DNA of 64,000 nucleotides, from NCBI GenBank assembly GCA_963820555.1, contig CAWGAT010000043.1:1554-65553 (forward strand), given 5' to 3'. The DNA comes from Candidatus Bathyarchaeota archaeon. Its GTDB lineage: Archaea; Thermoproteota; Bathyarchaeia; TCS64. This document shows positions 40,936-52,353 of the stretch, piece after piece. The notes beneath the pieces are model-generated. The model was not told the origin of the DNA and ran no database searches. It saw nothing but the letters and a program-made list of their open reading frames with translations. A program made the translations under genes and the position numbers. How positions within the stretch are numbered: position 1 is the first letter of the stretch; every line of letters begins with the position of its first letter.

Positions 40936-41709
40936 ATGGAAAACCTTGGATTGGGTTATGCGACTCCTTTGGACATCCACTACATTAGCAAGCCCGAGCT
41001 GGATCACCCTGACATGATAGCAGCGTGGCCCGGCATGGGCTATATAGCCAAAATATCCGCAGACTACCTGCGCAGGCGCCTAAACGCGAGGCTATTCGCC
41101 GAGGTGACATACTTCCACAATATGCTCGTCTACAACAACGGCATTGGTGAACTCTCCCCGATAAGACACAGGTTCTACGCCGCCCCCGCCAAGAACCTGA
41201 TCATCTGCGTTGGGGATGCCCAGCCGTCGATTCCGGAGGAGTCGGTTAGGCTGGCGGATAAAGTCGTTGATCTTGCTGTCGACTTCGGGGTGAAGCGGAT
41301 GTGGACCATGGCGGCCTATCCAACAGAGTATTCTGATGAGCCCCAGGTCTATGGCGTCTGCTCGGGGGAGGAGATGAAGGCTCTCCTCGATGCTCAGGGA
41401 ATCAAGGTCGTGAAAGAGGAGGGGGTCGTGAACGGACTGAATGGCGTGGTCATCGGGGTAGCAAAGATCAGGGGCATCCCCGGTGCGTGCCTTATGGGGG
41501 ACATTAAGTACGCGAATGTGCCCCAGCACCTCTCGTCTAGGGCGGTCCTCATAAAGCTCGCCTCCATCCTTAATCTAGAACTCGACACCACGCTCCTAGA
41601 GAAGAGGGCGAGACGCCTCGACGCGTCGATAAGGAAGAGGCTGGAGGTATTCGAGGAGGAGACGGATCTCCTCCCCATCTCCGATAAGAGACCTGATTAC
41701 ATCAGTTAG
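40936..41709 (+). CDS. Proteasome assembly chaperone PAC2 family
   Basis: WPGMG..AK, GDAQP, GLNG...G.AK..G..G.CLMG. Confidence 0.88.
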   Translation: MENLGLGYATPLDIHYISKPELDHPDMIAAWPGMGYIAKISADYLRRRLNARLFAEVTYFHNMLVYNNGIGELSPIRHRFYAAPAKNLIICVGDAQPSIPEESVRLADKVVDLAVDFGVKRMWTMAAYPTEYSDEPQVYGVCSGEEMKALLDAQGIKVVKEEGVVNGLNGVVIGVAKIRGIPGACLMGDIKYANVPQHLSSRAVLIKLASILNLELDTTLLEKRARRLDASIRKRLEVFEEETDLLPISDKRPDYIS

Positions 41710-41788
41710 TATTGCACGGATGTACCTCGTAGTGAAGAGAAGAATCTTAAGGTGCGGATATTTTTATTCACCGTCTCGGTGACCCCCG

Positions 41789-43885
41789 GTGAATGCCTCA
41801 ACGACAGCGGAGTCCACCATTAAAGTCCTCTTCGTCGACGATGAGCCCATTCAGTATGAGCTCGTCAAACTCTACGTCGACAGCAACGAGCCTTCACTGA
41901 GCGTCTTCTACGCACCAAAGGCGTCTGATGCATTGAGGCTGCTTTCGGACGGTGGCTTTGATTGCGTCGTCTCCGATTATCAGATGTCTGATAAAGATGG
42001 TGTGCAGCTGTGCGCCGAGATCAGGAAAACCAGCAACATACCCTTCATCATCTACACCGGGCGAGGTAGTGAGGAGGTGGCGGAGCAGGCTTTCCAGATC
42101 GGGGTCGACGACTACGTGAGGAAGGAGAAGGATCTGAGCAGCTTTCAGGTCCTCGTTCAGAGGATTAAGAAGGATGTTGAAGCGAGGCGCGCCGAGGATG
42201 CTCACGTGAAAAGCGAACAAAGGTACAGGAACCTCCTCGAGAACCTGCACGACGCCGTGTTTGTCTTAAGCACTGAGACATACCTCTACGCAAATAGGGC
42301 GGCCGCGGAGATGCTCGGGTACAGCGACCCTAAGGAGATAGTGGGCCTCCCGTCTTTCAGTGTGGTCGCACCGGTGGATAGGGAGATGGTGTTGCACCAG
42401 ACTGAGGCTAGGCTCAGAGGGGAGAAGGTGCCTGATAGATATGAGATCAGGTTACTCCGAAGAGATGGAGGCGTAGTCACATGCGAGGTAAACGTGGCTA
42501 GGATCGATTTCGAGGGGAAGCAGGCGTCCCTTGGCATACATAGGGACATCACTAAGAGGAAGCTGGACGAGGAAGCGCTTCTCAGGGCATACGAGGAAGT
42601 TAAGAGGTCGGAGGCTGAACTCGCTTCATTGAACGAGGAGTTTGCATCCGCTAACGAGGCCCTGCGGATCTCGGATGAGGAACTCAAATCTTCGAATGAG
42701 CAGCTCCGAGGTCTTAACCAGCAGCTCGACAAGGTCAACGAGGACCTGATGATCTCCGACGAGGAGATCCGCAGGGACAAGGAGGAGCTTGAGACCAAGG
42801 TCGGTGAGAGGACGGAGGCGCTGAGGATGGCGTTGGAGAAGGTCGAGATTTCTGCCCTCTATACGCGTAGTCTCATCGAGGCGAGCCTCGACCCCCTCGT
42901 CACGGTGAACAAGGATGGCCTCATTACAGACGTGAACGACGCCGCTGTCAACATGACTGGGGTCCCGCGAGGCCAGCTGATAGGAACCGATTTCACCAGT
43001 TATTTCACTAAGCCTTCTGATGCTAGAGAGGTTTATCTTCAGGTCTTCAGCGAGGGCCCAGTCAGCGACTATCCCCTCATGATCAGGCACGTCTCGGGTA
43101 GATTGACAAACGTTCTGTACCACGCCACTGTTTACCGTGATAGGGACGGAGTCGTACAGGGTGTCTTCACAGCTCTACATGATATAACGAGGCGCCTAGA
43201 GTCGGAGAAGCAGCGTGAGGAGGACCAGGTACGGTTGGCTCACGCTGAGCAGATGGAGGCCGTGACGCGAATGGGCGCAACGGTTGCGCACGACCTGAGG
43301 GGGCCGCTCGCGGCGATAATGCAATCAGTTAACCTGGCGAAGAATGATCCAAGTCTCACACCGAGAATGTTGCAACTGATCGGGGAGAATGCCACCCGAT
43401 CCCTCAGGATGATCGCGGACTGGAGGTCGAGCACCCGGGAGATCATTCCGCAGCCGACTATGACGGATCTTAGTGCCTTGTTAAAGAATGTCTTAGAGGG
43501 TATGACGATCCCCAGCAATATAGTTGTAACCACCTCGTATGGCGAAGGACTCGAATCCGTTTTCCTCGACCCGGACATCATGCACAGGGTCGTCGATAAC
43601 CTGGTTAAGAATGCGGTTGAGGCGATGCCTAATGGTGGAAAGTTGACCGTGAGCGCCAAGAAAGAAGGGGAAGGAGTCAAGGTCTCTGTCTCCGATACCG
43701 GGGTCGGTATTCCCGAAGAATCGAAGAGGAAGCTGTTCTCACCGCTTTACACAACCAAGTCCGGGGGTATGGGGCTCGGGCTTACATACTGCAGAAGAGC
43801 TGTTGAGGCCCAGAGAGGGACGATATCCTTCGAGTCCGAGGTCGGCGTGGGAACGGCTTTCCATATAACAGTCCCCGTACAATAG
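41789..43885 (+). CDS. Hybrid sensor histidine kinase (REC-PAS-coiled coil-PAS-HK)
   Basis: VDDE..SDY.M; two PAS; AHDLRGPL; N, G1, F, G2 boxes. Confidence 0.93.
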   Translation: MNASTTAESTIKVLFVDDEPIQYELVKLYVDSNEPSLSVFYAPKASDALRLLSDGGFDCVVSDYQMSDKDGVQLCAEIRKTSNIPFIIYTGRGSEEVAEQAFQIGVDDYVRKEKDLSSFQVLVQRIKKDVEARRAEDAHVKSEQRYRNLLENLHDAVFVLSTETYLYANRAAAEMLGYSDPKEIVGLPSFSVVAPVDREMVLHQTEARLRGEKVPDRYEIRLLRRDGGVVTCEVNVARIDFEGKQASLGIHRDITKRKLDEEALLRAYEEVKRSEAELASLNEEFASANEALRISDEELKSSNEQLRGLNQQLDKVNEDLMISDEEIRRDKEELETKVGERTEALRMALEKVEISALYTRSLIEASLDPLVTVNKDGLITDVNDAAVNMTGVPRGQLIGTDFTSYFTKPSDAREVYLQVFSEGPVSDYPLMIRHVSGRLTNVLYHATVYRDRDGVVQGVFTALHDITRRLESEKQREEDQVRLAHAEQMEAVTRMGATVAHDLRGPLAAIMQSVNLAKNDPSLTPRMLQLIGENATRSLRMIADWRSSTREIIPQPTMTDLSALLKNVLEGMTIPSNIVVTTSYGEGLESVFLDPDIMHRVVDNLVKNAVEAMPNGGKLTVSAKKEGEGVKVSVSDTGVGIPEESKRKLFSPLYTTKSGGMGLGLTYCRRAVEAQRGTISFESEVGVGTAFHITVPVQ

Positions 43886-43995
43886 CTGAGAAGACCTACA
43901 GACTCGTAATGTCTTTGTCCCCTAACCTCACTAAGGTAATGAGGAATGCGATAAACCCAAATATCCCGACACCGGATAAGAGCGGTGAACGCCCG

Positions 43996-44268
43996 ATGAA
44001 GCCATCCGAGAAGCTCTATTGGATCAAAGTAGGTCTAGCTCTCGTCGCTGCGGTTCTGTGTGTCGCTCTTCAAGTCTTCGGGAACATCGAGGGGACCCTC
44101 GTCTTCATGCTGGGGACACTCCTATACCTCGCATCTTCGGATCTGTTGTCTGGGTGGCTAAAGTTGGACCGTGGACACGGCCTCAAGGTGGGGGTTGGGG
44201 CATACATCTTCATCTGGATAATGATGTGGACCCTACTCTATACGATCTTCAGGGTTGCTCCACTTTAA
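43996..44268 (+). CDS. Small membrane protein
   Basis: Three hydrophobic segments; start uncertain. Confidence 0.6.
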   Translation: MKPSEKLYWIKVGLALVAAVLCVALQVFGNIEGTLVFMLGTLLYLASSDLLSGWLKLDRGHGLKVGVGAYIFIWIMMWTLLYTIFRVAPL

Positions 44269-44647
44269 GGAACTTGTTAGTAGCCAACCTGTAGTGGACT
44301 AGGTCGCTCCAGGCGCTGAAGAAGCCCATGTCGAATGGTTTCGGTCTACCCTTCTGCAGAATTTCCTTGAAGTCCTTACTCTGCTTCTCGAGGCCCTCCT
44401 CGGTGTTGATTGACCTGTTGAAATAGTCTCGTTCGTCTCCACTTCGGGCAGAGGTGAGAATGCCTTCTAGGGCCTTTATATAGCCATCCTGGAATTCGGG
44501 GTTTGGGAGCTTCCTTGTGCGTACTTCTTCGAGGGCTTTATCAGCGTCGCTGAATCGCCTCTCGATCACAGCGTCGAAGAATACAATGACGGCCTCGCGG
44601 GTCTTGCCGGTGGCGGTCAGTCCTCGGGGTCTGTCAGATCTCTTCAT
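44249..44647 (-). CDS. Hypothetical protein coupled to radA
   Basis: Overlaps radA stop; GY..ALEG and GFFSAW motifs. Confidence 0.65.
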   Translation of the reverse strand: MKRSDRPRGLTATGKTREAVIVFFDAVIERRFSDADKALEEVRTRKLPNPEFQDGYIKALEGILTSARSGDERDYFNRSINTEEGLEKQSKDFKEILQKGRPKPFDMGFFSAWSDLVHYRLATNKFLKVEQP

Positions 44648-45638
44648 CGCTCTCGATTCCTTGCTCGGTTATCCTTATTGGGACCTCTCCTTCTGGGAGG
44701 CTAGGACTCACAGTTAGTTTGGCTATCCGTATATTATCTCTGCCCTTCCTAAGGAAGATGCGTGAGTGGCTCATGTGGCCCACTATATGTCCACCAACTG
44801 GGGCGACACCCTTTGTGAAGAAAGCGTCGGGCTGGGACATCACCTGATTTGTAATGACTGCGACGGTGTTGAAGGCGCGGCTTAGCCTCATGAGCTTGTG
44901 CATGTGCTTGTTCAGGAGTTGTTGGCGGCTGGCGAGCATCTCTCGGCCCAGGTACTCGCTGCGGAAGTGGTTGGTGAGGCTGTCGACGATTATGAGGCGG
45001 ATGTTGTTTTCCTTGATGACCTCGTCAGCGTTGTCGAGGAGGACCATCTGGTGGTCACTAGTGTAGGCCTCGGCGAAGATTATTCGTTTTAGAGCCGCCT
45101 CGGGGTCGATGTTGAAGCGCTTTGCTATCTGCTGTATGCGCTCGGGACGGAATGTGTTCTCCGTGTCGATGTATAGGGCCCCTCCATCGAGGCCACCCTG
45201 CTCCTCGGGGAGCTGGACTGTGACGCAGAGTTGGTGGCAGATCTGGCTCTTTCCTGTTCCGAACTCGCCGTAGAACTCTGTTAGGCTCTGGGTCTCGAGT
45301 CCACCCTTTAGGAGGGTGTCGAGACTCGTGCAGCCGGTTGTGAGCTGTTTGATCTGTTTTCTTATCTCTACGAGTTCGTCGCCGCGGACGAAGGTGATCG
45401 CAATGCTCTTGCGGGCTGCTTCTATGACCCTCCCTGCGGTCTCCTCGCCTATTCCAGCGGTAATTAGCTCGGCTGTCGTGGCCATTGCGATGGACTCGAC
45501 GGTCTTGAATCCTATCTCCTTCAGCTTCGCAGCTGTGGCGGGGCCTACTGATGGTAGATCCTCTATTGTTTGGTACTTCGCCTTGTAGTAAGCCGAGTCG
45601 GTCGGTTCGGGTGCATCTTTGTGAGGTGAGCCCGCCAT
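44634..45638 (-). CDS. radA: DNA repair and recombination protein RadA
   Basis: HhH N-domain, GEFGTGKSQ, YIDTENTFRPER, IVDS...FRSEY.GR. Confidence 0.97.
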   Translation of the reverse strand: MAGSPHKDAPEPTDSAYYKAKYQTIEDLPSVGPATAAKLKEIGFKTVESIAMATTAELITAGIGEETAGRVIEAARKSIAITFVRGDELVEIRKQIKQLTTGCTSLDTLLKGGLETQSLTEFYGEFGTGKSQICHQLCVTVQLPEEQGGLDGGALYIDTENTFRPERIQQIAKRFNIDPEAALKRIIFAEAYTSDHQMVLLDNADEVIKENNIRLIIVDSLTNHFRSEYLGREMLASRQQLLNKHMHKLMRLSRAFNTVAVITNQVMSQPDAFFTKGVAPVGGHIVGHMSHSRIFLRKGRDNIRIAKLTVSPSLPEGEVPIRITEQGIESDEEI

Positions 45639-45902
45639 TTCGCTTAGTTCTTTGGGGCTGGGGTTAAAAGGGCGTCGGCGCGTGTACGGTCGCATTAGTC
45701 TATGGATTCATGGTTAGACATTCAGATGTTTCAACTTTAATCAGTTGAGGATGGTTCGAGACTTCTACTAGGGTCTTAGAAATGAAGATGGGAATCAGGA
45801 TTATCCAGCATGACCTAGAAAACATCTGGTATACGCCCCATTCTTTGGGAAAACCTGAGTACAGTCTATAAACGGTTGAAGCGAGTGGGGTGCTCTTGCG
45901 TG

Positions 45903-46211
45903 TTACTGGACTTCGATATTCTCCTCAGGGAAGCCAAGCTCTACAAGCACGTCTTTGACGACGTCGCGATGGTCGCCCATGAGCATTATCTGCTCGTCTT
46001 TGGCCGTGCCACCGCATGCGCACTTGTTTTTGAGTTGCGTGGCTATTTTCTTGAGCTGGTCACCCTTCGAGTCGATACCGTCGATGATGGTCCAGGTCTT
46101 GCTCCATTTGCGGTTTTCTAACCGTATCCTTATCCGCTGCTGCTCCCGGCTCATCTCCTCGCAGACGCAAAGGTCCTTCGGGAGGCCGCAGACGGGACAA
46201 ATCTCCGCCAT
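45903..46211 (-). CDS. sui1: Translation initiation factor aIF1/SUI1
   Basis: CPVCGLP.DLCVCE, LK.KCACGGT.K, GDHR. Confidence 0.95.
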   Translation of the reverse strand: MAEICPVCGLPKDLCVCEEMSREQQRIRIRLENRKWSKTWTIIDGIDSKGDQLKKIATQLKNKCACGGTAKDEQIMLMGDHRDVVKDVLVELGFPEENIEVQ

Positions 46212-46471
46212 TCTCAAGCATGAGTTAGTAGCCTCCTACTAAAAGCTTTGCTGTTTTTGGGGAAGAATCACGAAATTCGACGCAGTGGACGACATCGTAC
46301 TGATCCCCTTATCCCTGGTTTTTCTGAGCCTTTTTAGGGCCGTTCTCGGCTAAATAGTGCACAGATCGAGTTATCTGGTTGTTCGAATTGTTTGAGGATG
46401 GCTAAAGTTGGTTTAGTTTGGCTAATTTAATTTACATTATCGCTTCGTGCTAGGAGTGCTACGATCATATT

Positions 46472-47092
46472 TTAAGTGTAGTTCTGGAGGAGGCTGAAAG
46501 CCTTCAGGGCATCCTTCGTGTCGAGGACTATGACGGTGTTTGTGAAGCAGCTGATGAACTCTATGATGTTTATGTCGTGGCCACCTAGAAGTTGTGTTAT
46601 GAACGCGACGAAGCCGGGGGTTGTCTCTACGCGGTCTGGGCTGAGGAGGACTAGGGCGACGAGGTTGCTCATCACCTGCACCTCTTTTGGCATATCCTTG
46701 CCGAGGCCCGTTTGGTCGACTATGTAGACGTAGCTGTCGGTTAGGTAGGCGGTGACTATGTATGGTATATCCAACTTGATGGGGCTGATGAGTACGGCGA
46801 TCTTGTCTTGGAGGCGGACCTTCGACTCCTTGAGGATTCCGCGTACCTCCTCCTCCTGGAGTCTACGATCCTTCGAGAGGTCCTCCGCTATGCGTATCAC
46901 CGCCGCTTTCACGGCCTCGGTGCTCCCCTCGCCGATCTCCTCCTGAAGCATCCTCGCTAGCGCGCTGTAGTTGACTATCCCCATCTTCAGCGAGTCGAGG
47001 AGGCTGGGCCTCATCTGGATTGCTTCTCTAACGAGACGCGCTACCGACTTTGTTCCATCGTCCCTATTAAGCGTCATAAATGAAACATTCAT
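46472..47092 (-). CDS. ACT-domain protein with N-terminal HTH
   Basis: GIVNYSALAR; TPG...INIIEFISCFT. Confidence 0.85.
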   Translation of the reverse strand: MNVSFMTLNRDDGTKSVARLVREAIQMRPSLLDSLKMGIVNYSALARMLQEEIGEGSTEAVKAAVIRIAEDLSKDRRLQEEEVRGILKESKVRLQDKIAVLISPIKLDIPYIVTAYLTDSYVYIVDQTGLGKDMPKEVQVMSNLVALVLLSPDRVETTPGFVAFITQLLGGHDINIIEFISCFTNTVIVLDTKDALKAFSLLQNYT

Positions 47093-47216
47093 GTGCTATT
47101 TTATAAATTTGCGCCCTGGTTCAATTTTCACATGTATTATTCGATTTAAGCGACCATGATCGGAATCCGTTAGCAGCAACCAACAATCATGGATGCGTAC
47201 TTGGTGAAGACAGTCG

Positions 47217-47573
47217 ATGTACGGAGAGCTGAGCAGAATTAAACGAGAAAGAAAAACACTAGCGAACATGATCGAGAATATTGTTCAGGCAATCAAGGTT
47301 ACACCCACCCCTGTGCAGAATGCAGTGAGCTCCTCCACTACTCAATGACTAGACTAGATCATTTCCCTAACGCCGAAGATGAAGCCCACCTGCAATAAAT
47401 GCTCAACTCATTGTTATGACCCGGCTCACCGCGAGCGAATCAGGGCAGTTATGGTATACTCGGGGCCTAGAATGCTTTTCAAGCATCCAATCCAAGCGAT
47501 AAGACATCTCTACGATGAGCTAAATACCCCGAAGATCACCGTGTTTAATCTAATCTGTTTATTCGTAGTCTAA
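47217..47573 (+). pseudogene. YgbA / nitrous-oxide-stimulated promoter family protein, frameshifted
   Basis: RE.KT...MI...C..C.ELL.Y...RL; KPTC.KC..HCY....RERIR.VM.YSGPRML..HP. Confidence 0.75.
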
Positions 47574-47585
47574 TATTTTATTACC

Positions 47586-47665
47586 CACATCTGTGGTTAG
47601 CAAATTATATTATGCTACTGTAGATAAGAAAAAACCATGGGTTTTACTCCTGTGGCTGGGAATTT
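47586..47665 (+). repeat. Dispersed ~80 bp non-coding element, copy 1
   Basis: CTGTGG at 47591, TAAGAAAAAA.CATGGGTTTTAC at 47625, CTGTGGCTGGGAATTT at 47650. Confidence 0.75.
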
Positions 47666-47809
47666 GAGTTGGGGCAGGGAGAAAGATAGCGTCTAGGGGG
47701 ACTAATTATTTTTCCACTATCATGTTTAACAGCGATAAGCCGATACTGCATTCCACCATCGCGCCTTATATTGCACGTTGGCTAATTCATCCCAAACCGG
47801 TGACGCACA

Positions 47810-48139
47810 TTGTCGAGGGAGGAGTCACTCGTCGAGATACTCGAGGCAGCTCTGCCACTGCCCCCGAAGGTTGTCCTCGGATACAAGAACCTCGAACCCG
47901 TCTTCACCAGCGGCGACCTCGCGAGGGTCTGTGACATCTCCCGAAGTAGCGCGAAGTTCTACGTCAATAAGATGGTGCAGCTTCGCCTCGTCGCCAAGGT
48001 CCCGCATAAGCGCATGTACCAGAAGTACCCAAACGCTACAACCTTCAGCGGCTGGCTGCGAGACCTCCTAAAGCTAGCCATCGAGCCCCTTGAGAACGGT
48101 CAGCTACCCCTCCCCGACGAGAAGGAAGACGAGGAGTAA
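47810..48139 (+). CDS. Winged-HTH protein
   Basis: FTSGDLARVCDISRSSAKFYVNKMV. Confidence 0.7.
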   Translation: MSREESLVEILEAALPLPPKVVLGYKNLEPVFTSGDLARVCDISRSSAKFYVNKMVQLRLVAKVPHKRMYQKYPNATTFSGWLRDLLKLAIEPLENGQLPLPDEKEDEE

Positions 48140-48141
48140 CA

Positions 48142-48598
48142 GTGTCCCTCCGAGACATAGCCAACCCAAAGAAGAGACGCGAAAGATTCACACGTACCCT
48201 CACCGGAAAGCAGGTCCGCGCAATGAAGAAGCGCGGATACGACGCTGAGCGGGAACTCGTCCAGATGATGAGGGAACAGGGATTCGACGCCGTCAGAGTC
48301 CCAGTCAGCGCCCCCAGCACCGAGCCCCTCCCCGACGTTTTCGCCGTAAAAAACACGACGGTCGTCGCCTTTGAGGTCAAGAGTCAAGTCAAATATTCCT
48401 ACTACAAATCTGACCAAGTTGCCAAGCTCAACGCGTTTCTGGACATCCATAAGATATACCCTAGACGATACGCGGTCCTCGCTGGCAAATTCAAGTACAA
48501 GGGTTGGTGCTTCAAGCGTAGCGGAGCGCCCGGGAGACTATACCCTCAAGACCGGGGAGGGTCTCACATTCAAGGAGTTAATCGCTAGGCTAACCTGA
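48142..48598 (+). CDS. hjc: Holliday junction resolvase Hjc (frameshift near 3' end)
   Basis: G..AERELV...GF..VR.P.S...PDV.A...FEVKS. Confidence 0.88.
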
Positions 48599-48656
48599 GA
48601 CCTGAGCCGAGTTTATATACTGAGCTTCTAATTCACTGATCAACAGGCGATAGTGG

Positions 48657-51052
48657 ATGGTAGTCGAACTAAGCTATGAAAAGGCCAGGAAGAAGTGCAC
48701 GACCGAGATCGCGAACTGCAACTCAACAGCCGAGCTACAGCCGCTCACACAGATAATCGGACAGGACCGCGCCGTCAAGGCACTACAATTCGGCCTAAAG
48801 ATGAAGGATGGGGGCTTCAACATCTACGTCTCCGGTATGTCGGGAACCGGGCGTAAGACCGCGATCGTCGGCTTCCTCCAGGAGAAGGCGAAGGATATGC
48901 CTGTTCCACCTGACTGGTGTTATGTTAACAACTTCAAGGACCAGAACCAGCCGAATGCCCTGAAGCTACCAGCGGGTAAGGGGAAGGCTTTCCGGGATGA
49001 TATGGATAAGTTCACCGAGGATGTAAAGAAGGAGCTCCAGAAGGCCTTCGAGAGCGAGGACTATGCTCAGAAGCGGGCCAGCACTGTGAAGAAGTTCGAC
49101 GATGAAAAGACTGAGCTCTGGCAGGAGATCAACCAGAAGGCAAACGAGGCCGGTTTCTTCCTACAGCGTAGCCCGATAGGTATTGCCATAATCCCTGTGA
49201 TAAACGGGCAACCAATCGCCGACGAGCAGTTCACCGCACTGCCCCCCAAGATTAGGGAACAGATCAGGGTGCGCCGCGAGAAGCTTCAGGACGACTTCAG
49301 GAGCGCCTTCCGCCAGTTCAGGGACCTCGATAAGAGCGCTGAGGAGGCTGTTGACAAGTTCAACAAGGATGTCGCTTCCTTCGCGATGGATCACCTCATT
49401 GAGGCTCTTCATAGAGAAGTATGGAGACATTAACGAGGTAAAGGAGTTCCTCCTCGAGGTGAAGAACGATATCCTCGATAACCTCGATACGATCCTGACG
49501 GCTGGGCAACCAAAACAGCAACCAGCCCTACCATTCCTTATGCCGGGCGCAACCGAGGATCCAACCAGTAGCTACAAGGTTAATCTCGTGGTCGACAACT
49601 CCGATCTAAAGGGTGCCCCCGTCATCACCGAGATGAGCCCCACTCAGCCACATCTCTTCGGCATCGTCCAGAAGGAGGCCCGATTCGGAGCACTACTCAC
49701 CGACTACACGATGATCCGCGGCGGATCCGTACACAAAGCGAACGGCGGCTTCATAGTCATACCCGTTGAGGACCTCCTCATGGACGCCGTTGCTTGGGAT
49801 AGCCTCAAGAAGACGATAACCAGCAAGCAGATCAAGGTCGAGGATATAGCCCAGCGCCTCGGCTACATAGCCACTAAGACACTAACACCTGAACCCATTC
49901 CATTCGACGTGAAGGTGATACTCGTCGGCAGCCCCGACATTTACTACCTCATCCACCAGTACGACAGAGATTTCAAGGAGATATTCAAGGTCAAGGCCGA
50001 CTTCGACACGACGATGGAGCGAAACGAGGAGAACATTCAAGATGTACGCCTCCTTCATGTGCACCCTCTGCAACAAGGAGAACCTGAAGCACCTTGACTC
50101 CAGCGGCATCGCGGCCGTCATCGAGTATAGCTCCCGACTAGCTGAGGATCAGGAGAAGCTCTCCACATGGTTCTCGCAAGTCTCCGACATAATCAAGGAG
50201 GCGGCTCACTACGCCGACGAGGAGAACAGCGAGTTCACTACGAGCAAACACATCGAGAGGGCCCTTGAGGAAAAGCTCTACAGGAGCAACCTAATCGAGC
50301 AGAAGATGGAGAAGATGATCGAGGAGGGAACAATCCTCGTCGACACGACAGGGGAGAAGGTGGGGCAGATAAACGGCCTCAGCGTGCTGGGTCTCGGGGA
50401 CTTCGCCTTCGGTAAGCCAAGTAGGATCACAGTGAGCATCGGCGTAGGCAAGAAGGGTATCATCGACATCGAGCGCGAGGCCCAGATGGGCGGCCCCATC
50501 CACACTAAGGGTGTCGAGATACTCAGCGGGTTCCTCAACGACCGCTACGCGAAGGAGTTCCCACTCAGCCTCACCGCGCGCCTCGTCTTTGAGCAGAGCT
50601 ACAGCGGTGTCGAGGGGGACTCAGCCTCCAGCACTGAGCTCTACGGTATCCTGAGCGCCCTCAGCGGCAAGCCCATTAAGCAACACTTCGCCGTCACCGG
50701 CTCGGTCAACCAGAAGGGGGATGTGCAGGCCATCGGCGGCGTCAACGAGAAGCTTGAGGGCTACTACCAGCTCTGCAAGGCGAGGGGCCTCGACGGGAAC
50801 ACGGCGTCGTCATCCCCGCGAGCAACATCAAGCACCTCATGCTCAAGCAGGAGGTAATCGATGCCATAAAGGAGGGCAAGTTCCACATCTACCCCGTCTC
50901 AACAATCGATGAGGGCATAGAGGTCCTCACCGGCGTTCCAGCAGGCGCCCCTGGCAAGGATGGCAAGTACCCCGACTGGCACAATAAACCGCCTCGTCCA
51001 AGACACCCTAGCCGAGATGGCCGATAAGGCCAAAGAGTATAGGGAGGAGTAG
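48657..51052 (+). CDS. lon: Lon-family (S16) protease, LonB/LonC-like, split by about four frameshifts
   Basis: IIGQDRA, G.SGTGR, ANGG, GQINGLSV, catalytic GDSAS and GGVNEK. Confidence 0.9.
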
Positions 51053-51109
51053 GAGACAACAAACTCTTTTTCTTCTACCTTCACATCCCCTATCCTTGGC
51101 GCGTCTAGG

Positions 51110-52033
51110 ATGGAGAAGATCTGGGACGTCATCATCGTAGGCGCCGGACCCGCTGGGTTAACGGCGGGGATTTACACGGCGAGACAAGGCCACAGCACCC
51201 TATTGCTCTATAGCGGGAAGGTTGGTGGGCGCGCCCTCGATGCGCACAGGATAGAGAATTACCCCGGTTTTCCCCAGGGTCTCACCGGTGCTGAATTAAT
51301 GAACCTCTTCATAGAGCAGGCTAAGAGGTTCGGTGTCGAGTTTAAGGAGGAGACCGTGATAGGACTCGCCGATGCTGGAGAGTATAAGATAGTCTCGACG
51401 CGCGGCGGATACTACCAAGGGAAGACGGTGATAATCGCGGCGGGCATCCAGCGCAAGCAACTCAGTGTCCCCGGGGAAATGGAGTTCAAGGGCAGAGGCG
51501 TCAGCTACTGCGCCATCTGCGATGGCCCGTTCTTCAGGGACAAGGTCGTCACCGTTGTAGGCTCGGGGCACGAAGCCGTACAGGATGCCCTCCACCTCAC
51601 AAACACAGCCTCAAAAGTGATAGTTATACCCGGCAAGAAGGGGTTCAGTGAAAACTACTCCAGAGCTTGCCACCCTCAGTACCAACCCCAAGGTCGAGTT
51701 CATCGAGGGGCAGGACATAGCTGAGATCAGGGGCGACGAATTCGTGACGGGGGTGGTAAGCTCACTCCGGGTGGGGTCGACAAGGTCGCCACCGACGGCG
51801 TCTTCATCCTCCTTGAGCACATTTCTACCTCCAACATACTCGTAGAGGCGGGCATCGACGCCGACGAGGGCGGCTGCGTCATCGTTGATAGGAATCAGCA
51901 GACCAATCTCCCCGGCTTCTACGCGGCGGGGGACTGCTGCTGTATTGGCTGGCAGGTGGTCACCGCTGCGGGGGAAGGTGCCAAGGCCGCCCTCTCAGCT
52001 ATGAAGTACGTGAAACAGAAGGGAACAACATGA
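51110..52033 (+). CDS. trxB: Thioredoxin reductase (frameshifted)
   Basis: GAGPAG, IENYPGF, GVSYCAICDG, ...AAGDC...AAGEG. Confidence 0.92.
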
Positions 52034-52293
52034 TCAAGGTAGAGTATTTCCATAACCCTGTTTGTCCCTACTGCCCAGCGGCTAAGACCCTCATCACGAA
52101 GGTCCTCAAGGGACTCAAGGACATTGAGCTGGTAGAAGTCGACACTTTCACTGACGAGGGCATAACTCGGGGCATGTCGCTAAATCTCATGGCCGTACCC
52201 GCAATCGCTATAAACGGTATCGTAAAAATAACCGGTTGGCCCTTTGAGGAGCGGGACCTCCTCGCATGCATAGAGGAAGCCCGCGAGAAGTAG
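52030..52293 (+). CDS. Thioredoxin/glutaredoxin-like protein
   Basis: CPYC, AVPAIAING; ATGA overlap with trxB. Confidence 0.9.
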   Translation: MIKVEYFHNPVCPYCPAAKTLITKVLKGLKDIELVEVDTFTDEGITRGMSLNLMAVPAIAINGIVKITGWPFEERDLLACIEEAREK

Positions 52294-52353
52294 CGCCGAT
52301 CGCTACATTTTTACGAGCCACGACCTCAAAGCCACCAACGGTGATATGGGCGG

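Noticed and set aside
42600-42800. Heptad-like repeats in the histidine kinase
   Set aside because: Ordinary coiled-coil linker of sensor kinases.
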